Shown here: in pieces, positions 17,378 through 28,059 of the stretch
Numbering within the stretch: position 1 is the stretch's first letter
Layout of the letters: the number at the start of each line of letters is the position of its first letter
IMG/VR virus record: IMGVR_UViG_3300017917_001342
Location: 186,001 to 250,000 of that record
Length of the DNA stretch: 64,000 bases
Direction: 5' to 3' (one strand)
Notes under the pieces: model-generated
Told to the model about the DNA's origin: nothing
The model's database searches: none
The model's input: only the letters and a program-made list of their open reading frames with translations
Position numbers and translations under genes: made by a program

Positions 17378-19693
17378 ATGAAAATTAGCAGTATATTCAA
17401 AAACACAACTATATTAACTGATGGCAGGTCGTGGCGTCGTGACCCTGACGACGACATGTATAGTCGCGACAAAACATCAAAATACAAAATCAAAGATATT
17501 GTAGATGAACCGCCAGAAGAATTGGAAATCTCAGATGAAGAAAACTTCAAAGGGAAAGACCGAATAATTAAAATTCCTCATCTGAATTGTATATTTCTCA
17601 TTACTGCACATTGGCAATATAGACAATCACTTAGACATGGCAATTTAGACATTGCCATTGAAAAGCTATCAAACTTATTTGAACGTAACTACGACGTGAT
17701 ATCTAAACTTCCATATGGGTCGGAGTTTGGATTAATAGATCAAAAGAATTACAAAACTGTTTTTACCAAGCGTAGATCTAAAAACGGTACTACTGTATAT
17801 GCAACGAAAACCCTGCTTTCGCCTGAGATGAACCTAAGACCGTCGCAGTATTTTTTTAGAGAATCGTCTGACAACAGTGTGTTCTTAAAAGACCTTGTAA
17901 AAATGTCAGTTGGTATGCCGGACGCTGATTTTTGGATAAGACGCAGTGGCCAATTAAAAAGTCTCGGTGAACCTAGCAAACAATTTGACCCTGACAAAAT
18001 AGGTATCAAAGTTACTGCTACCAATATTATAGATCCAAACTATCTCTATTATGTGTTTATGAATTTGCAAAACCAGGGCGTGTTTGCGCAAATGGCAACA
18101 GGATCAACTGGTTTACAACACATTAAAATCAGCAGTCTTGCAAAAATACCGTTTGCACTAAGTGAATCGCTAAATGAAAACGACGATGAACCTATACGTA
18201 TTAGACTGCGTGGTAATGAAGATACTGCAAAGCGTTGGATCAAAAGCGTATACGATCAATTCCCAGCAAATCCGTTAAATGATCGTCAACACGTTATGCA
18301 ATTTGGCGACGATGCATACGTAGTGTTTGAATTAACACCAAGTTTTAACCGCAGAGGTGCCGTAGAAGTCAAGTGGATAAGCGCACACCCACAACGCAAA
18401 GGTCTCGGTTCTAAAGCACTGAAAACGTTGCAAGATTTAGCGCAAAAGAACAATGTTATGCTTACTCTTTACCCATGGGAAAAAGGTGAGATTAGCCAAC
18501 ATGATCTCAAGCGTTATTATAAAAAGCATGGGTTCAGAGGCGAAGGCGGCGGTAGTGATTACATGAAGTGGGATCCGCTGAACGAAAAAGACTACGACGA
18601 TATAGACGACGATGATAACCGCACACCTGACATAGAAGGTGCTAAGAAATATGTACAGGCTGTAAAACGAGATTTTGATCAGTTTGGTGAGTTGCCAATT
18701 ACTGGCATAATGAATGATTTAGAATATCGCTATAACTTAGATCCATCAACGGTTGATCAAGTTCTACAGCCTGTTAAAGACGACATTGTAATCTACATAA
18801 ACACTGAATTTGGAAAAGGTGAATACAGTATATACGGTGCAGTGCGTCGTCTAGATAAACTGTACAGATCAGGTATCAGTTGGCACGAACTGTATCGCAT
18901 GTTAGATAATCACAAGCACAGTATTATAAAATACATGCTCAGTCAGATTAAAAAAGGTGCAACTGGTATGGTAATGGAAATGACTATCATACTCAAACGT
19001 ATGGGACTTGACTGGCCAGAACTTACTGCAATACAACGCAGTTTGCGTGCAGATAAGCAAGCATTGCCAGAATCATATTCAAAAGAACAACGTATTGAGT
19101 TTGCACAAAAAGCATTTGAGCGAGGTACTGTATACGGTTTTTGGCGATTAGATCTGCTTGATTTAAAAGCTAGCGAAGTACCAGGCGCTATAGAAATACT
19201 TAACGCTGATAAAGACCGTTTTATTAGTGCATTATTACGCATGGTTAAAGACGGTAGCTTTTCTGCTGTGAAATATGCATTAAAAAATTATAGACATCAC
19301 GGGCTGGATTGGCCAGAACTTGATGTTATAGAACGCAGTGTTAAACAGATATCTGAATCCGACAGTTATGATGATCTGCGTAAACGCAACATGGACAAAG
19401 TGCTTAAATCGTTTAAGCTTGGTGCGTGGAACGGCTTCAAAAATCTAGATTTTTTTAATATGAAAGCTGCTGAAGTTCCAGGTGCAGTAGAAGCGTTAGA
19501 ACAGTTTAAAGAACAATTTGTTAAGATGCTGTTAACTCGCATGAAGAGTGGTGACTATGGTGATATAGGTACTGCTAGAAACCTAGCTGCTCAGATGCAA
19601 GGTGTTGGTATGAGTTGGCCGGAATTAGACATTGTTATAAAAAGTGCTAACAAAGCGTTTGATGATTATGATAAAAGTTTAGGCAACGACTGA
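17378..19693 (+). CDS. Multidomain protein: possible RNase-like domain + HsdS-type TRD + GNAT + three WPEL-terminated modules
   Basis: ITAHWQYRQSLR; IDPNYLYYVF...ATGSTGLQHIKISSLAKIPF; QRKGLGSKAL...RYYKKHGF; WPEL x3. Confidence 0.8.
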   Translation: MKISSIFKNTTILTDGRSWRRDPDDDMYSRDKTSKYKIKDIVDEPPEELEISDEENFKGKDRIIKIPHLNCIFLITAHWQYRQSLRHGNLDIAIEKLSNLFERNYDVISKLPYGSEFGLIDQKNYKTVFTKRRSKNGTTVYATKTLLSPEMNLRPSQYFFRESSDNSVFLKDLVKMSVGMPDADFWIRRSGQLKSLGEPSKQFDPDKIGIKVTATNIIDPNYLYYVFMNLQNQGVFAQMATGSTGLQHIKISSLAKIPFALSESLNENDDEPIRIRLRGNEDTAKRWIKSVYDQFPANPLNDRQHVMQFGDDAYVVFELTPSFNRRGAVEVKWISAHPQRKGLGSKALKTLQDLAQKNNVMLTLYPWEKGEISQHDLKRYYKKHGFRGEGGGSDYMKWDPLNEKDYDDIDDDDNRTPDIEGAKKYVQAVKRDFDQFGELPITGIMNDLEYRYNLDPSTVDQVLQPVKDDIVIYINTEFGKGEYSIYGAVRRLDKLYRSGISWHELYRMLDNHKHSIIKYMLSQIKKGATGMVMEMTIILKRMGLDWPELTAIQRSLRADKQALPESYSKEQRIEFAQKAFERGTVYGFWRLDLLDLKASEVPGAIEILNADKDRFISALLRMVKDGSFSAVKYALKNYRHHGLDWPELDVIERSVKQISESDSYDDLRKRNMDKVLKSFKLGAWNGFKNLDFFNMKAAEVPGAVEALEQFKEQFVKMLLTRMKSGDYGDIGTARNLAAQMQGVGMSWPELDIVIKSANKAFDDYDKSLGND

Positions 19694-19694
19694 C

Positions 19695-21914
19695 ATGAAG
19701 TTAGATGATATATTTGAAGCAGGCCCAAAGATAGACAACATTCATGGTATGGGTGCTGTTGGTATAAGTGGTAATATCGACTACATGGGTTTACGAGTAT
19801 ACGTAAAACCCAGCGTGTTTCTCAAACTTGCATACAGTCATCCTAACCTTGATACTACATACATTCAACAACAGTTGTCGATTGGACAAGCTATCGGCGC
19901 ACCGTTTCTAAGTATTGCAATACCTGAATCGTGGATCAGTCCAGATTCACATTACGAAAAAGTTGTAGAAGGTGACCTAACTGATCCTGCTGAAATCACA
20001 GGTCATGAAGGTCGTCATCGCATGGCTGCTATATTGAAGGAGTACGGAGATGTTCCTGTTGAAACACATCTTGTGTTTAATGGTCTTCGTCGTCGTCATA
20101 TTACTGATAACATGATCGAACGACTAAACAGTGATATATTAAACGAACATGGTAAACTTCTAATAGGGCCATGGTTTAGTTTAACAGAAACTATCACCGA
20201 AGCCGATGCAGATTTTATCTATCGCAATTTTCTAAAAGACATTAACATATACGGTATAACAAAAGCATTACATAAAATTTCTCTACGTATTGAACGTGCT
20301 GATGCAGACGGTGAAGATCCAGAGACGACTAGAAGTATTTTAACTGATCACAAAGAGTTAATACTTAAAGAACTATTATCTTGGATAAAACTATGTGAAT
20401 ACAAAGAAGATATCTACGAAGTTATCAAAGCTATCAAGTATGTTAATAGTATAGGTATTGATTGGCCAGAATTTGAAACAATTAAAAAAGGCTGTAAAAG
20501 TATTGCCGCCTCGGCGCCGAGTAATCCTTTTCAACTTGGTTATCACGAAATTAATGAAAACTTTGCAGATGGCAAAGGACCAGGTAGACCCGGTGATAGT
20601 CGCAGACATGGTATACCCAAACATGCAACTCTGTCACAGTTAGATAAAATTGGTAAAGGGTCTGGACGTAAGGCGCAGCTAGCACGTTGGCAAGCAAATA
20701 TGCGTAGAGGTCGTGCTAAAGTTAACGAAAATGAACTAGGCAGCTACATGCCATTAGATATTGCACAACTTAAAGAATTACTATTAGTTGTGCAAGATCA
20801 ACAGGAAATTGTAGATGATCACAGTTTTGATGTAGAACCGGGAACCGTTGCATATAAGCAAATAGAACAGGAATATCGTGCATTAACTGCTATCGAATAT
20901 GTTGTAAAAAACAATATCAAAGCAATTAATAATCCCGAACTACAGCCAGGCGCTATTTTTGTATATGATTGGGAATACGATGATGCAATTGGTGCAGCTC
21001 AATTACAAGTAACTGGTACAGTGGCCGAATTGAAATGGTTAGGTAGCTATAACAGCTCTGGTAAGCAACTGATAAAGCAGGGATTGTCACATGCTAAAAC
21101 AATGGGTGCTAAGTCTGTTAATCTAACTAGCAAATGGGGCAGTGCTGAATACTATAAAAAGCAAGGCTTTACACCAAAAGATAATGTGGCAGATAACCCA
21201 ATAACAGATGTCGGTACATCATTTACAAAAGACATAGATGAAGCATCTCAACAGTATAAAAAGATCAGTCCTGAACTGATAAAAGACATTGTTGCAACTG
21301 TGCCACAGACTCGTGAAATATGGTTCCATGGTAGTAGAGCAACAGGCGCACATCGACGTGACAGTGATTGGGATATACTAGTAGTAGTACCAGATGACAT
21401 TAAAGGCAATACCTATATAGATATTATAGAACTGTTGCGTAACATAGAACGAAACTATCCGAACTACGATATACAACCTGCTCACCCACGTAATATGATC
21501 ACTAATATTGCTAGAGAAGAAGGTGTATTGTTGTGGTCACATAAACCGCCAGTTACTGAAGCCATTGCACCACATGGCGATTTTAACAACGAATTGCGCA
21601 TGATGAAAGCTGGTACTAAGCCTGCTGCAATAATTGATCCTATGGTATATGAACACATGTATAAACCATTGGTAAATGATTACGGATGGGAAGTGGTTAC
21701 ATTTAAAAACAATTATGGTCGTAGATACGTAGTAGGACAGATGGGCGAATATGCTCGTATTAAACGTATTGCTGATCTAGTTGACAACATGAATAAAAAA
21801 ATGGAACAAGGTGTTAAAGCAACACCTGAGTATCATATACAATTAGGTCGCTTACTAGGTTATAGTGAACAAGATATTGAAGATTTCTTAGAAAAAATTG
21901 CAATGAATTCTTGA
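19695..21914 (+). CDS. Multidomain protein: ParB/Srx-like + WPEL + basic peptide + GNAT + MNT nucleotidyltransferase + unknown domain
   Basis: HEGRHR; WPEF; GKQLI...AEYYKKQGF; FHGSRATG...DSDWDILVVV; GRLLGYS. Confidence 0.8.
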   Translation: MKLDDIFEAGPKIDNIHGMGAVGISGNIDYMGLRVYVKPSVFLKLAYSHPNLDTTYIQQQLSIGQAIGAPFLSIAIPESWISPDSHYEKVVEGDLTDPAEITGHEGRHRMAAILKEYGDVPVETHLVFNGLRRRHITDNMIERLNSDILNEHGKLLIGPWFSLTETITEADADFIYRNFLKDINIYGITKALHKISLRIERADADGEDPETTRSILTDHKELILKELLSWIKLCEYKEDIYEVIKAIKYVNSIGIDWPEFETIKKGCKSIAASAPSNPFQLGYHEINENFADGKGPGRPGDSRRHGIPKHATLSQLDKIGKGSGRKAQLARWQANMRRGRAKVNENELGSYMPLDIAQLKELLLVVQDQQEIVDDHSFDVEPGTVAYKQIEQEYRALTAIEYVVKNNIKAINNPELQPGAIFVYDWEYDDAIGAAQLQVTGTVAELKWLGSYNSSGKQLIKQGLSHAKTMGAKSVNLTSKWGSAEYYKKQGFTPKDNVADNPITDVGTSFTKDIDEASQQYKKISPELIKDIVATVPQTREIWFHGSRATGAHRRDSDWDILVVVPDDIKGNTYIDIIELLRNIERNYPNYDIQPAHPRNMITNIAREEGVLLWSHKPPVTEAIAPHGDFNNELRMMKAGTKPAAIIDPMVYEHMYKPLVNDYGWEVVTFKNNYGRRYVVGQMGEYARIKRIADLVDNMNKKMEQGVKATPEYHIQLGRLLGYSEQDIEDFLEKIAMNS

Positions 21915-21945
21915 TTCAATATCAAATATCTAACATGCTTGTGTT

Positions 21946-22788
21946 ATGACAACAGTATTATTCAGCATGCCTTGCCACGAAAGTCACGAGGCTATAAACA
22001 TAAACATTTCAAACCTGCGTCGTTTTAATGGACTGCAACATCCAGTTGTTATTCATGCAGATTCTGGATGGAACGAATTTGATCCAGAACGTGTAGATTT
22101 TTCCGATATCTACGTCAATCCAAGACGTTATAGAACACAACATGCACATAGTCAGATTACTACTCACATCAGTAACTACTTGACAGCAGTAGAACAAGGT
22201 GTCGAGTTTGATTACGTTGCAGTATTTCACACTAGCGAAATGTTTGTAAAACGTGGTATGCATGATCATATAGCACGATACGATTATGGTCTTTGGTTTA
22301 CACCAGACACCCAGCCTAAAGATTTTGGTTGGCCTCCTCTACGTAACGCTATAGAAATGAATATGTTTAAGGATCTGTTTCCTGCAAATGCAGTAGACAA
22401 CTATCTAGGTAATCTGCTAGAAGGCAGTTGGTGGAGCAGAGATCTTTTCAAAGAAATAGTAGATTGGACACTTTACCACTATGATCTCGAAGATCTTCGT
22501 TTACCATGGGCAGCAGAAGAATGTTTCTTTCCTACTCTTAGCTGGCATCTAAGCGGAGGTAAACGATTTACACATCCCTATTGCGCATTTCATCATCAAG
22601 ATCACTATGTACAAGATCGTACACTGATAGACAACATACGTGCAGGTAGAGATATCACCTGCTGGCAACCTCAGAATTTTGTCTACGATTGGAAACCTAT
22701 TTCTAGCGAAGGTTTTTATTCTGTTAAGCGTATCAGCAGAGACTTAGACGATCCAATTAGACATTATATAAGTTGGCTAAAGACATGA
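21946..22788 (+). CDS. Possible glycosyltransferase-like protein
   Basis: GT-A-like start (VLFSMPCHE...VVIHAD), FDYV, AEECFFPT. The ORF is solid but the function is weakly supported. Confidence 0.5.
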   Translation: MTTVLFSMPCHESHEAININISNLRRFNGLQHPVVIHADSGWNEFDPERVDFSDIYVNPRRYRTQHAHSQITTHISNYLTAVEQGVEFDYVAVFHTSEMFVKRGMHDHIARYDYGLWFTPDTQPKDFGWPPLRNAIEMNMFKDLFPANAVDNYLGNLLEGSWWSRDLFKEIVDWTLYHYDLEDLRLPWAAEECFFPTLSWHLSGGKRFTHPYCAFHHQDHYVQDRTLIDNIRAGRDITCWQPQNFVYDWKPISSEGFYSVKRISRDLDDPIRHYISWLKT

Positions 22789-22836
22789 TGTAATATTTGT
22801 TAAATATAGTTGAGAATTCACTCGACTGTTTTTTAA

Positions 22837-22842
22837 TAAATA
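22837..22842 (+). promoter_or_regulatory. Late-type promoter TAAATA, 5 nt from the ATG (second copy at 22801-22806)
   Basis: ATAAATATCATCATG. Confidence 0.7.
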
Positions 22843-22847
22843 TCATC

Positions 22848-23756
22848 ATGAGACTATTAGACATTTTCACCCCCGATTACCTCCTGGAAGACCTTGAAGG
22901 TCAAAAAGCCCAGCGTGGTCAATTTATCAAAGATAAACTAGGTAAAGACTTTAAAGGTCTACCTGGGTATGATGACATCGATAAGCTAATTGACAAAATT
23001 GGCGAAGTTGACCCGTCACGTAATGGCATTTACATGCCCTGGATCGCGCGGTTGGTAATCACTAAACCGGGCGAAAACCGATCTGAAGACCTTGATCGTG
23101 TTGGACAAGACTTGCAAAACTTTGAACAGTTTAAAGCACGTATTGCTAACAAAGATATTAACAGTTACAAGAGTTTCCAACAGCTCTATGACGTAATTGA
23201 ACCATTTACTAGACCACAGCCAAAAACTGCTGATCAAAAAGCCAAAGAAAAAGAAGCAGCAGAAATTGCTAAACTGAAGAATGAAATTATCACAGTTTAC
23301 AATGGTCCCGAAGGTTGGATACGTATTCCTAAAACACAAGCTGCTGCGGTGTATCTAGGTCGTGGTACTCGTTGGTGTACTGCTGCTGATCGCAACAACA
23401 TGTTTAATCACTATAGTAAAAACGATAACCTGTTTGTTGTACACGATAAAGCACAGGCCAAAGCCTACAGAGAGTTTATGGCAGACCCTGCTAATGCTGG
23501 TAAGCGTAAACCGCACAACGGTATGTATCAGATGCACATTGAAAGTGGACAGTTTGCGTCAGATGACGACAGCAATCAAGGTATGAATGCTGTACCAGAT
23601 TGGGCAAGAACTCCAATTCTTGATTACTACAAAGCTAACAATCCAAAACTAACTTGGAAGCAGATTATGACACTGAGTACATTCGGTGACGAAAATCTTG
23701 CTGCGGGTACAGAACATGAGGATCTAATCAACCTCATGAAAGCCTATGGTATCTAA
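22848..23756 (+). CDS. Hypothetical protein with PcfJ-like GxGTxWCT domain
   Basis: Start moved to MRLLDIF...LLE/D; IPKTQAAAVYLGRGTRWCTAA...FNHY motif. Confidence 0.65.
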   Translation: MRLLDIFTPDYLLEDLEGQKAQRGQFIKDKLGKDFKGLPGYDDIDKLIDKIGEVDPSRNGIYMPWIARLVITKPGENRSEDLDRVGQDLQNFEQFKARIANKDINSYKSFQQLYDVIEPFTRPQPKTADQKAKEKEAAEIAKLKNEIITVYNGPEGWIRIPKTQAAAVYLGRGTRWCTAADRNNMFNHYSKNDNLFVVHDKAQAKAYREFMADPANAGKRKPHNGMYQMHIESGQFASDDDSNQGMNAVPDWARTPILDYYKANNPKLTWKQIMTLSTFGDENLAAGTEHEDLINLMKAYGI

Positions 23757-23759
23757 ACA

Positions 23760-24788
23760 ATGCGCTTCGCTGAATTGCAACCTCACACTCAATTCAGCGA
23801 AGCTGCTCTCAACTCTGTAACACAGCGTTATATTGATTCACACATAAAACACTTACTATACAAAAAAGACCAGTATGGTCCTCGTAATGTACGTAAAGTT
23901 GTTGAATTCTTAACTGATTTACAAAATCGTTTTAAACGAGATGGCGATCCCACTACATTTGAAATCGCCGAAGTACTTGAACCATATAGACAAGATATTA
24001 TAAAGTACTTGTCTAATTTGTTTGATGGTGTACCAGACAGTTATACGCCTGTATTTCAAGCAGCTATATTAACTAATAGTGGTGTACACTGGCCGGAAAT
24101 AGTTGAAATATTTGAGCCTTATCGAGAACCTATTATTAAAAGAATACTACAAACTGTGCGACACGGTTACAGAGACAGTGATGTAGATTCTTGGGTGACA
24201 GCATTACGAGCAATTGGGGTTGATTGGCCAGAAGTAGATATCATAGAACGAAGCCGAAACGCTAGTAAACAAATCGATGAAAACAGCTTAGTTGCTGATT
24301 CGCATAGACAATATATGCTTGATAATATTAGAGACCGTCGGTTTCATATTATCTTTTCACAATTAATCACCTATTTCAAACCAGATCCAGTTATTGCAGA
24401 TGCATTAACTAAAAACAAATCTGTTGTGCTGCAATACATATCCGATGCAATTAAGAACGGGTATTTCTTAGGTGCTGCAAAATATCTTGTTGGTTTGCAA
24501 AATGTTGGTGTTGCGTGGCCGGAACTGGAAAACATTAAAACTGCAATAAAAGTACCGTGCATAACTCGTATGCTAACAATACTAAAAAAGTCTGATTACG
24601 ATAGAGACCATCTGACAAATATATTAGAAACAATAAAGTATTTGAGAAAAGCTGGACTTGATTGGCCTGAGTTAAAAATTATCAACGACGCAGCCGAAAC
24701 GGAACTTGATTATCATCCCGAAGATGAAGAAGAAGAATACATCGCAACTGATGACGATCGCGGCGACTACTACAGAGATCTCTATTAA
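23760..24788 (+). CDS. WPEL-module repeat protein (4 copies)
   Basis: WPEI, WPEV, WPEL, WPEL; internal IDE/N junction. Confidence 0.85.
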   Translation: MRFAELQPHTQFSEAALNSVTQRYIDSHIKHLLYKKDQYGPRNVRKVVEFLTDLQNRFKRDGDPTTFEIAEVLEPYRQDIIKYLSNLFDGVPDSYTPVFQAAILTNSGVHWPEIVEIFEPYREPIIKRILQTVRHGYRDSDVDSWVTALRAIGVDWPEVDIIERSRNASKQIDENSLVADSHRQYMLDNIRDRRFHIIFSQLITYFKPDPVIADALTKNKSVVLQYISDAIKNGYFLGAAKYLVGLQNVGVAWPELENIKTAIKVPCITRMLTILKKSDYDRDHLTNILETIKYLRKAGLDWPELKIINDAAETELDYHPEDEEEEYIATDDDRGDYYRDLY

Positions 24789-24795
24789 ACAACGA

Positions 24796-24801
24796 TAAAT
24801 A
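24796..24801 (+). promoter_or_regulatory. Late-type promoter TAAATA
   Basis: ATAAATAT in the intergenic gap before 24831. Confidence 0.65.
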
Positions 24802-24830
24802 TCCCTATAACAGCACGGGTATTTTTCTAA

Positions 24831-26198
24831 ATGCAGATACAGAGTTTAATGGAAGCAAAAAACATTCCGCCGGATGTAGCTGCAAAAATAGACAGCATAG
24901 TAAAATCCATGCTGAAAACTGGCTACATAGATGTGTGTGTAAGACGACTTGAAGATGAAGGTCTCACAGATGCTGGCATACTTGATGTGTTAACTCCACA
25001 TGCAGACAAGCTAGTAAATCTCATAACAAGTAAAAAGCATAAGACATTACCTGGTTATACAGTTTATGAGTTGCTATTACTATTAGGTATAGGAGCAAGA
25101 TGGCCGTCGTTAATTGCAGCACTTGCCAATAACAAAGAGTCAGTAATTAAGTACATTTTAACACAGTTTAAAGAATATTCTAACGATGATATCGAAATGG
25201 ATATAATAAATTTCGATATAAAAGTTTTGCAAAAATTAGGTATCGATTGGCCAGAATTAGCAGTTATAAAAAAATCTGTTGAAAACGAATTGGTAAGAAT
25301 GGGTCACCCGCCATCATTAATGGAAGCACAGCCTGTAATACCTCAAAAACTTATTAAAATATTCAACCAACATCTTAACAACATATATGAGCGCGGTATT
25401 GACAAGTTAGCGTATTTGATAATTGATATGAAAAATGCAGGTGCAACCGATCAACAGATTGCATCGCTTCTCAGTGAAAAGCGTCAAGAAATTGTAAAGA
25501 TACTCAGAAATACTATTCACAATGAATCTCCTAAAAACTGGAGAGCAATTAACGAATTTGCTGTTGCAATTGCGTCATTATTAGATCTTGGAATCAAATG
25601 GCCGCCATTATTAGAATTATTAAACTACTATCGAGATAAAATCGAAGCCTGGGCAATTGCTGCGGTATTTGATGCAGGATTTGGCAAGCATGTTGCTGAG
25701 AAATTACGTAAGTTTGAACAATTGGGTTTTGATATATTACCAATACGCCGAGCAATCAAAGCAAACATATTACCTACACTAAAAGAATATCTTACTAAAA
25801 ATGGTATTGATCATTATACAGTTGCTAAATTAGAGGCTATGCATAGACTAAATCTATTGCCTAAAGCTCTAGATGACAAAACTACTAAACTTGTTTTTGA
25901 TGCAATAGAAAACTCTATGAGCAAAGGTATGCCTAATGATTTCAAAAATGCATTGAAATATTTTGCAATGATGAACATACCAAATCTTGAATCAACCGTA
26001 AAAAGCATAGTAGAAGCTAATAAAACACCTGTTATAAAATCATTACTAACTGCTATGAAAACTGGTTTAGGTAATGCAAACAACTATTACACGTTACCAA
26101 CTTATTACATAGTAGATACACTACAGCTATTACATAAACTAGGTATACAGTGGCCAGAAATTGCTGCAATTACTAGAAGCTTGAAGGCAGGGCGTTGA
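24831..26198 (+). CDS. WPEL-module repeat protein
   Basis: WPSL, WPEL, WPPL, WPEI; leader MQIQSLME/A and internal SLME/A. Confidence 0.85.
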   Translation: MQIQSLMEAKNIPPDVAAKIDSIVKSMLKTGYIDVCVRRLEDEGLTDAGILDVLTPHADKLVNLITSKKHKTLPGYTVYELLLLLGIGARWPSLIAALANNKESVIKYILTQFKEYSNDDIEMDIINFDIKVLQKLGIDWPELAVIKKSVENELVRMGHPPSLMEAQPVIPQKLIKIFNQHLNNIYERGIDKLAYLIIDMKNAGATDQQIASLLSEKRQEIVKILRNTIHNESPKNWRAINEFAVAIASLLDLGIKWPPLLELLNYYRDKIEAWAIAAVFDAGFGKHVAEKLRKFEQLGFDILPIRRAIKANILPTLKEYLTKNGIDHYTVAKLEAMHRLNLLPKALDDKTTKLVFDAIENSMSKGMPNDFKNALKYFAMMNIPNLESTVKSIVEANKTPVIKSLLTAMKTGLGNANNYYTLPTYYIVDTLQLLHKLGIQWPEIAAITRSLKAGR

Positions 26199-26199
26199 T

Positions 26200-28059
26200 A
26201 TGGATATGTACGGCAACTGGGTTTATTCAGCTTTAAAAGACGTTGTTCGTCAACGTCAATACAAAGATGTGGCATTCAAACTACGTAATCTTGGTAGAGA
26301 AGGTGTGGCATTTGCTAAATCTGATGATACAACAGCATTGCTTAACGATCGCAAAGACAACTGTCTACGCGGTATACTGTTCATAATGAAGTATCACGAC
26401 GATTATGGTCTTTATGGTCAAGATTTTGTTGATATTGCCAACGGTGCTCGCAAGGTTGGGTTAAACTGGCCTGAATTGGACATTATTGAAAAGGCTGCTA
26501 AATCAATGCCCGAAAATCCATATATAGATGAAGCTATGCATATTGATTTAAAATCTAGTCGTGAACAGATATTAGATAAACTTGAACAGATATTCAATGA
26601 TCCCGGTACGGATGTATTTGATCGCATTGCTGAATTAGATATTGCTAGGAATGTGCTACGACGCATAGAAAAATCAGACGTTGCCGAAATATTAGCAAAA
26701 TACAAAACCAATATCATTAAAGACACTCTGCATTATATGCGGCACGGTGTAGTAGAAGTAGACATTCCTGTATATTTAGAAACACTTCAAGACCTTGGTG
26801 CAAACTGGCCCGAATTAACCATCATTATGAATAGTTTTAAAAAACCAAAAAACACACCATTAGATGAAAACGCACACGATGATTTAGATACAGTATTGGC
26901 ATCGTTAAAAGACGATGCAGTAGCAAGACCAATTAAAGTAGCTTTTAATAGAATGTCAAATGACATGGCTGAACACTACAACAGAAAACCTATTTTGGAT
27001 TTTCTAAAATTTGTTGATCGCTACAAACCCTACATCGGCGACGAAAATATACACTTAATAGTAAATGCTACTAAGCAGAAAATGTTAGAATATATAGAAT
27101 GGGTGATAAGCAACTATTCTAAACCGTTTGCAGATCTCACTTTAACCGAACCGCTGTCTAACACATTAAAATCTATTGCATGGTTAAAACATCACTACGG
27201 CATAACATGGCCAGAGTTAAGCACTGTGCTGAATACCTATAAGACTGGTATAATAAAAACCTGTTTGAAACAGGCTAAGGATGCAAATAGCTACAGCATC
27301 GAAGACTTAGAAGATCTCATAACACACCTAGACGCTATAGGAGTCAACTGGCCTGAAATTGCTACTATCAAAAAAAGTGTGTTTACCCAACTAGACGAAA
27401 GCATAAACATGACTGACCATGGTGTCGCCATGATACTGAATAGTTTAGAAGATCAGCATTTTGATGACATACCCTATGCATTGGCAATTATTGGCGATGC
27501 AGACAGGCGTGCTAATTATGGGCTTGTGCCAGCGTTTGACGAAAACAAAACAGAAATAATGCGTGTTATATTAAAAGCAATACGCGATCCAGATGAATAT
27601 AATCTTTGGTTTCCAGAAGCATTTGAAAAAATGATACGAGGTGCAAGACTGCTTGGTATAGATTGGCCTGAATTTAAAGCTATTGAACGCAGCATCGGCT
27701 CAGATGAATTAGACGAAGGTGAAGCGGGTAATTCTGCAATGCAGTATAACCTAAGCGGTGTGCTGTCTAGTATTAAACATGACGAACCTAGAGAAATGGT
27801 ATTGTTCCTAAGTCAATTGGTTTGGATTGACAAATGGGGACTTGCAGAGTTAACAGACTACTCAAAAGAATTGACTCCGCACATCAAATTTATAGTAAAA
27901 GCCCTACTTGAATTTTTAAAATACGAATCAGATGATGCAGAACCAATAGACACTGTTAGAGACTGTCTAAGAGTATTAGAAAAGATGAATGTATCAAGCC
28001 CAGACTTGGACATAATTAAACGCAGTTTAGCAGTAGGAAAAGTCAATGACCAGCAGTAA
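26200..28059 (+). CDS. WPEL-module repeat protein (5 copies plus 1 degenerate)
   Basis: Modules separated by IDE/A, LDE/N, LDE/S, LDE/G. Confidence 0.85.
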   Translation: MDMYGNWVYSALKDVVRQRQYKDVAFKLRNLGREGVAFAKSDDTTALLNDRKDNCLRGILFIMKYHDDYGLYGQDFVDIANGARKVGLNWPELDIIEKAAKSMPENPYIDEAMHIDLKSSREQILDKLEQIFNDPGTDVFDRIAELDIARNVLRRIEKSDVAEILAKYKTNIIKDTLHYMRHGVVEVDIPVYLETLQDLGANWPELTIIMNSFKKPKNTPLDENAHDDLDTVLASLKDDAVARPIKVAFNRMSNDMAEHYNRKPILDFLKFVDRYKPYIGDENIHLIVNATKQKMLEYIEWVISNYSKPFADLTLTEPLSNTLKSIAWLKHHYGITWPELSTVLNTYKTGIIKTCLKQAKDANSYSIEDLEDLITHLDAIGVNWPEIATIKKSVFTQLDESINMTDHGVAMILNSLEDQHFDDIPYALAIIGDADRRANYGLVPAFDENKTEIMRVILKAIRDPDEYNLWFPEAFEKMIRGARLLGIDWPEFKAIERSIGSDELDEGEAGNSAMQYNLSGVLSSIKHDEPREMVLFLSQLVWIDKWGLAELTDYSKELTPHIKFIVKALLEFLKYESDDAEPIDTVRDCLRVLEKMNVSSPDLDIIKRSLAVGKVNDQQ

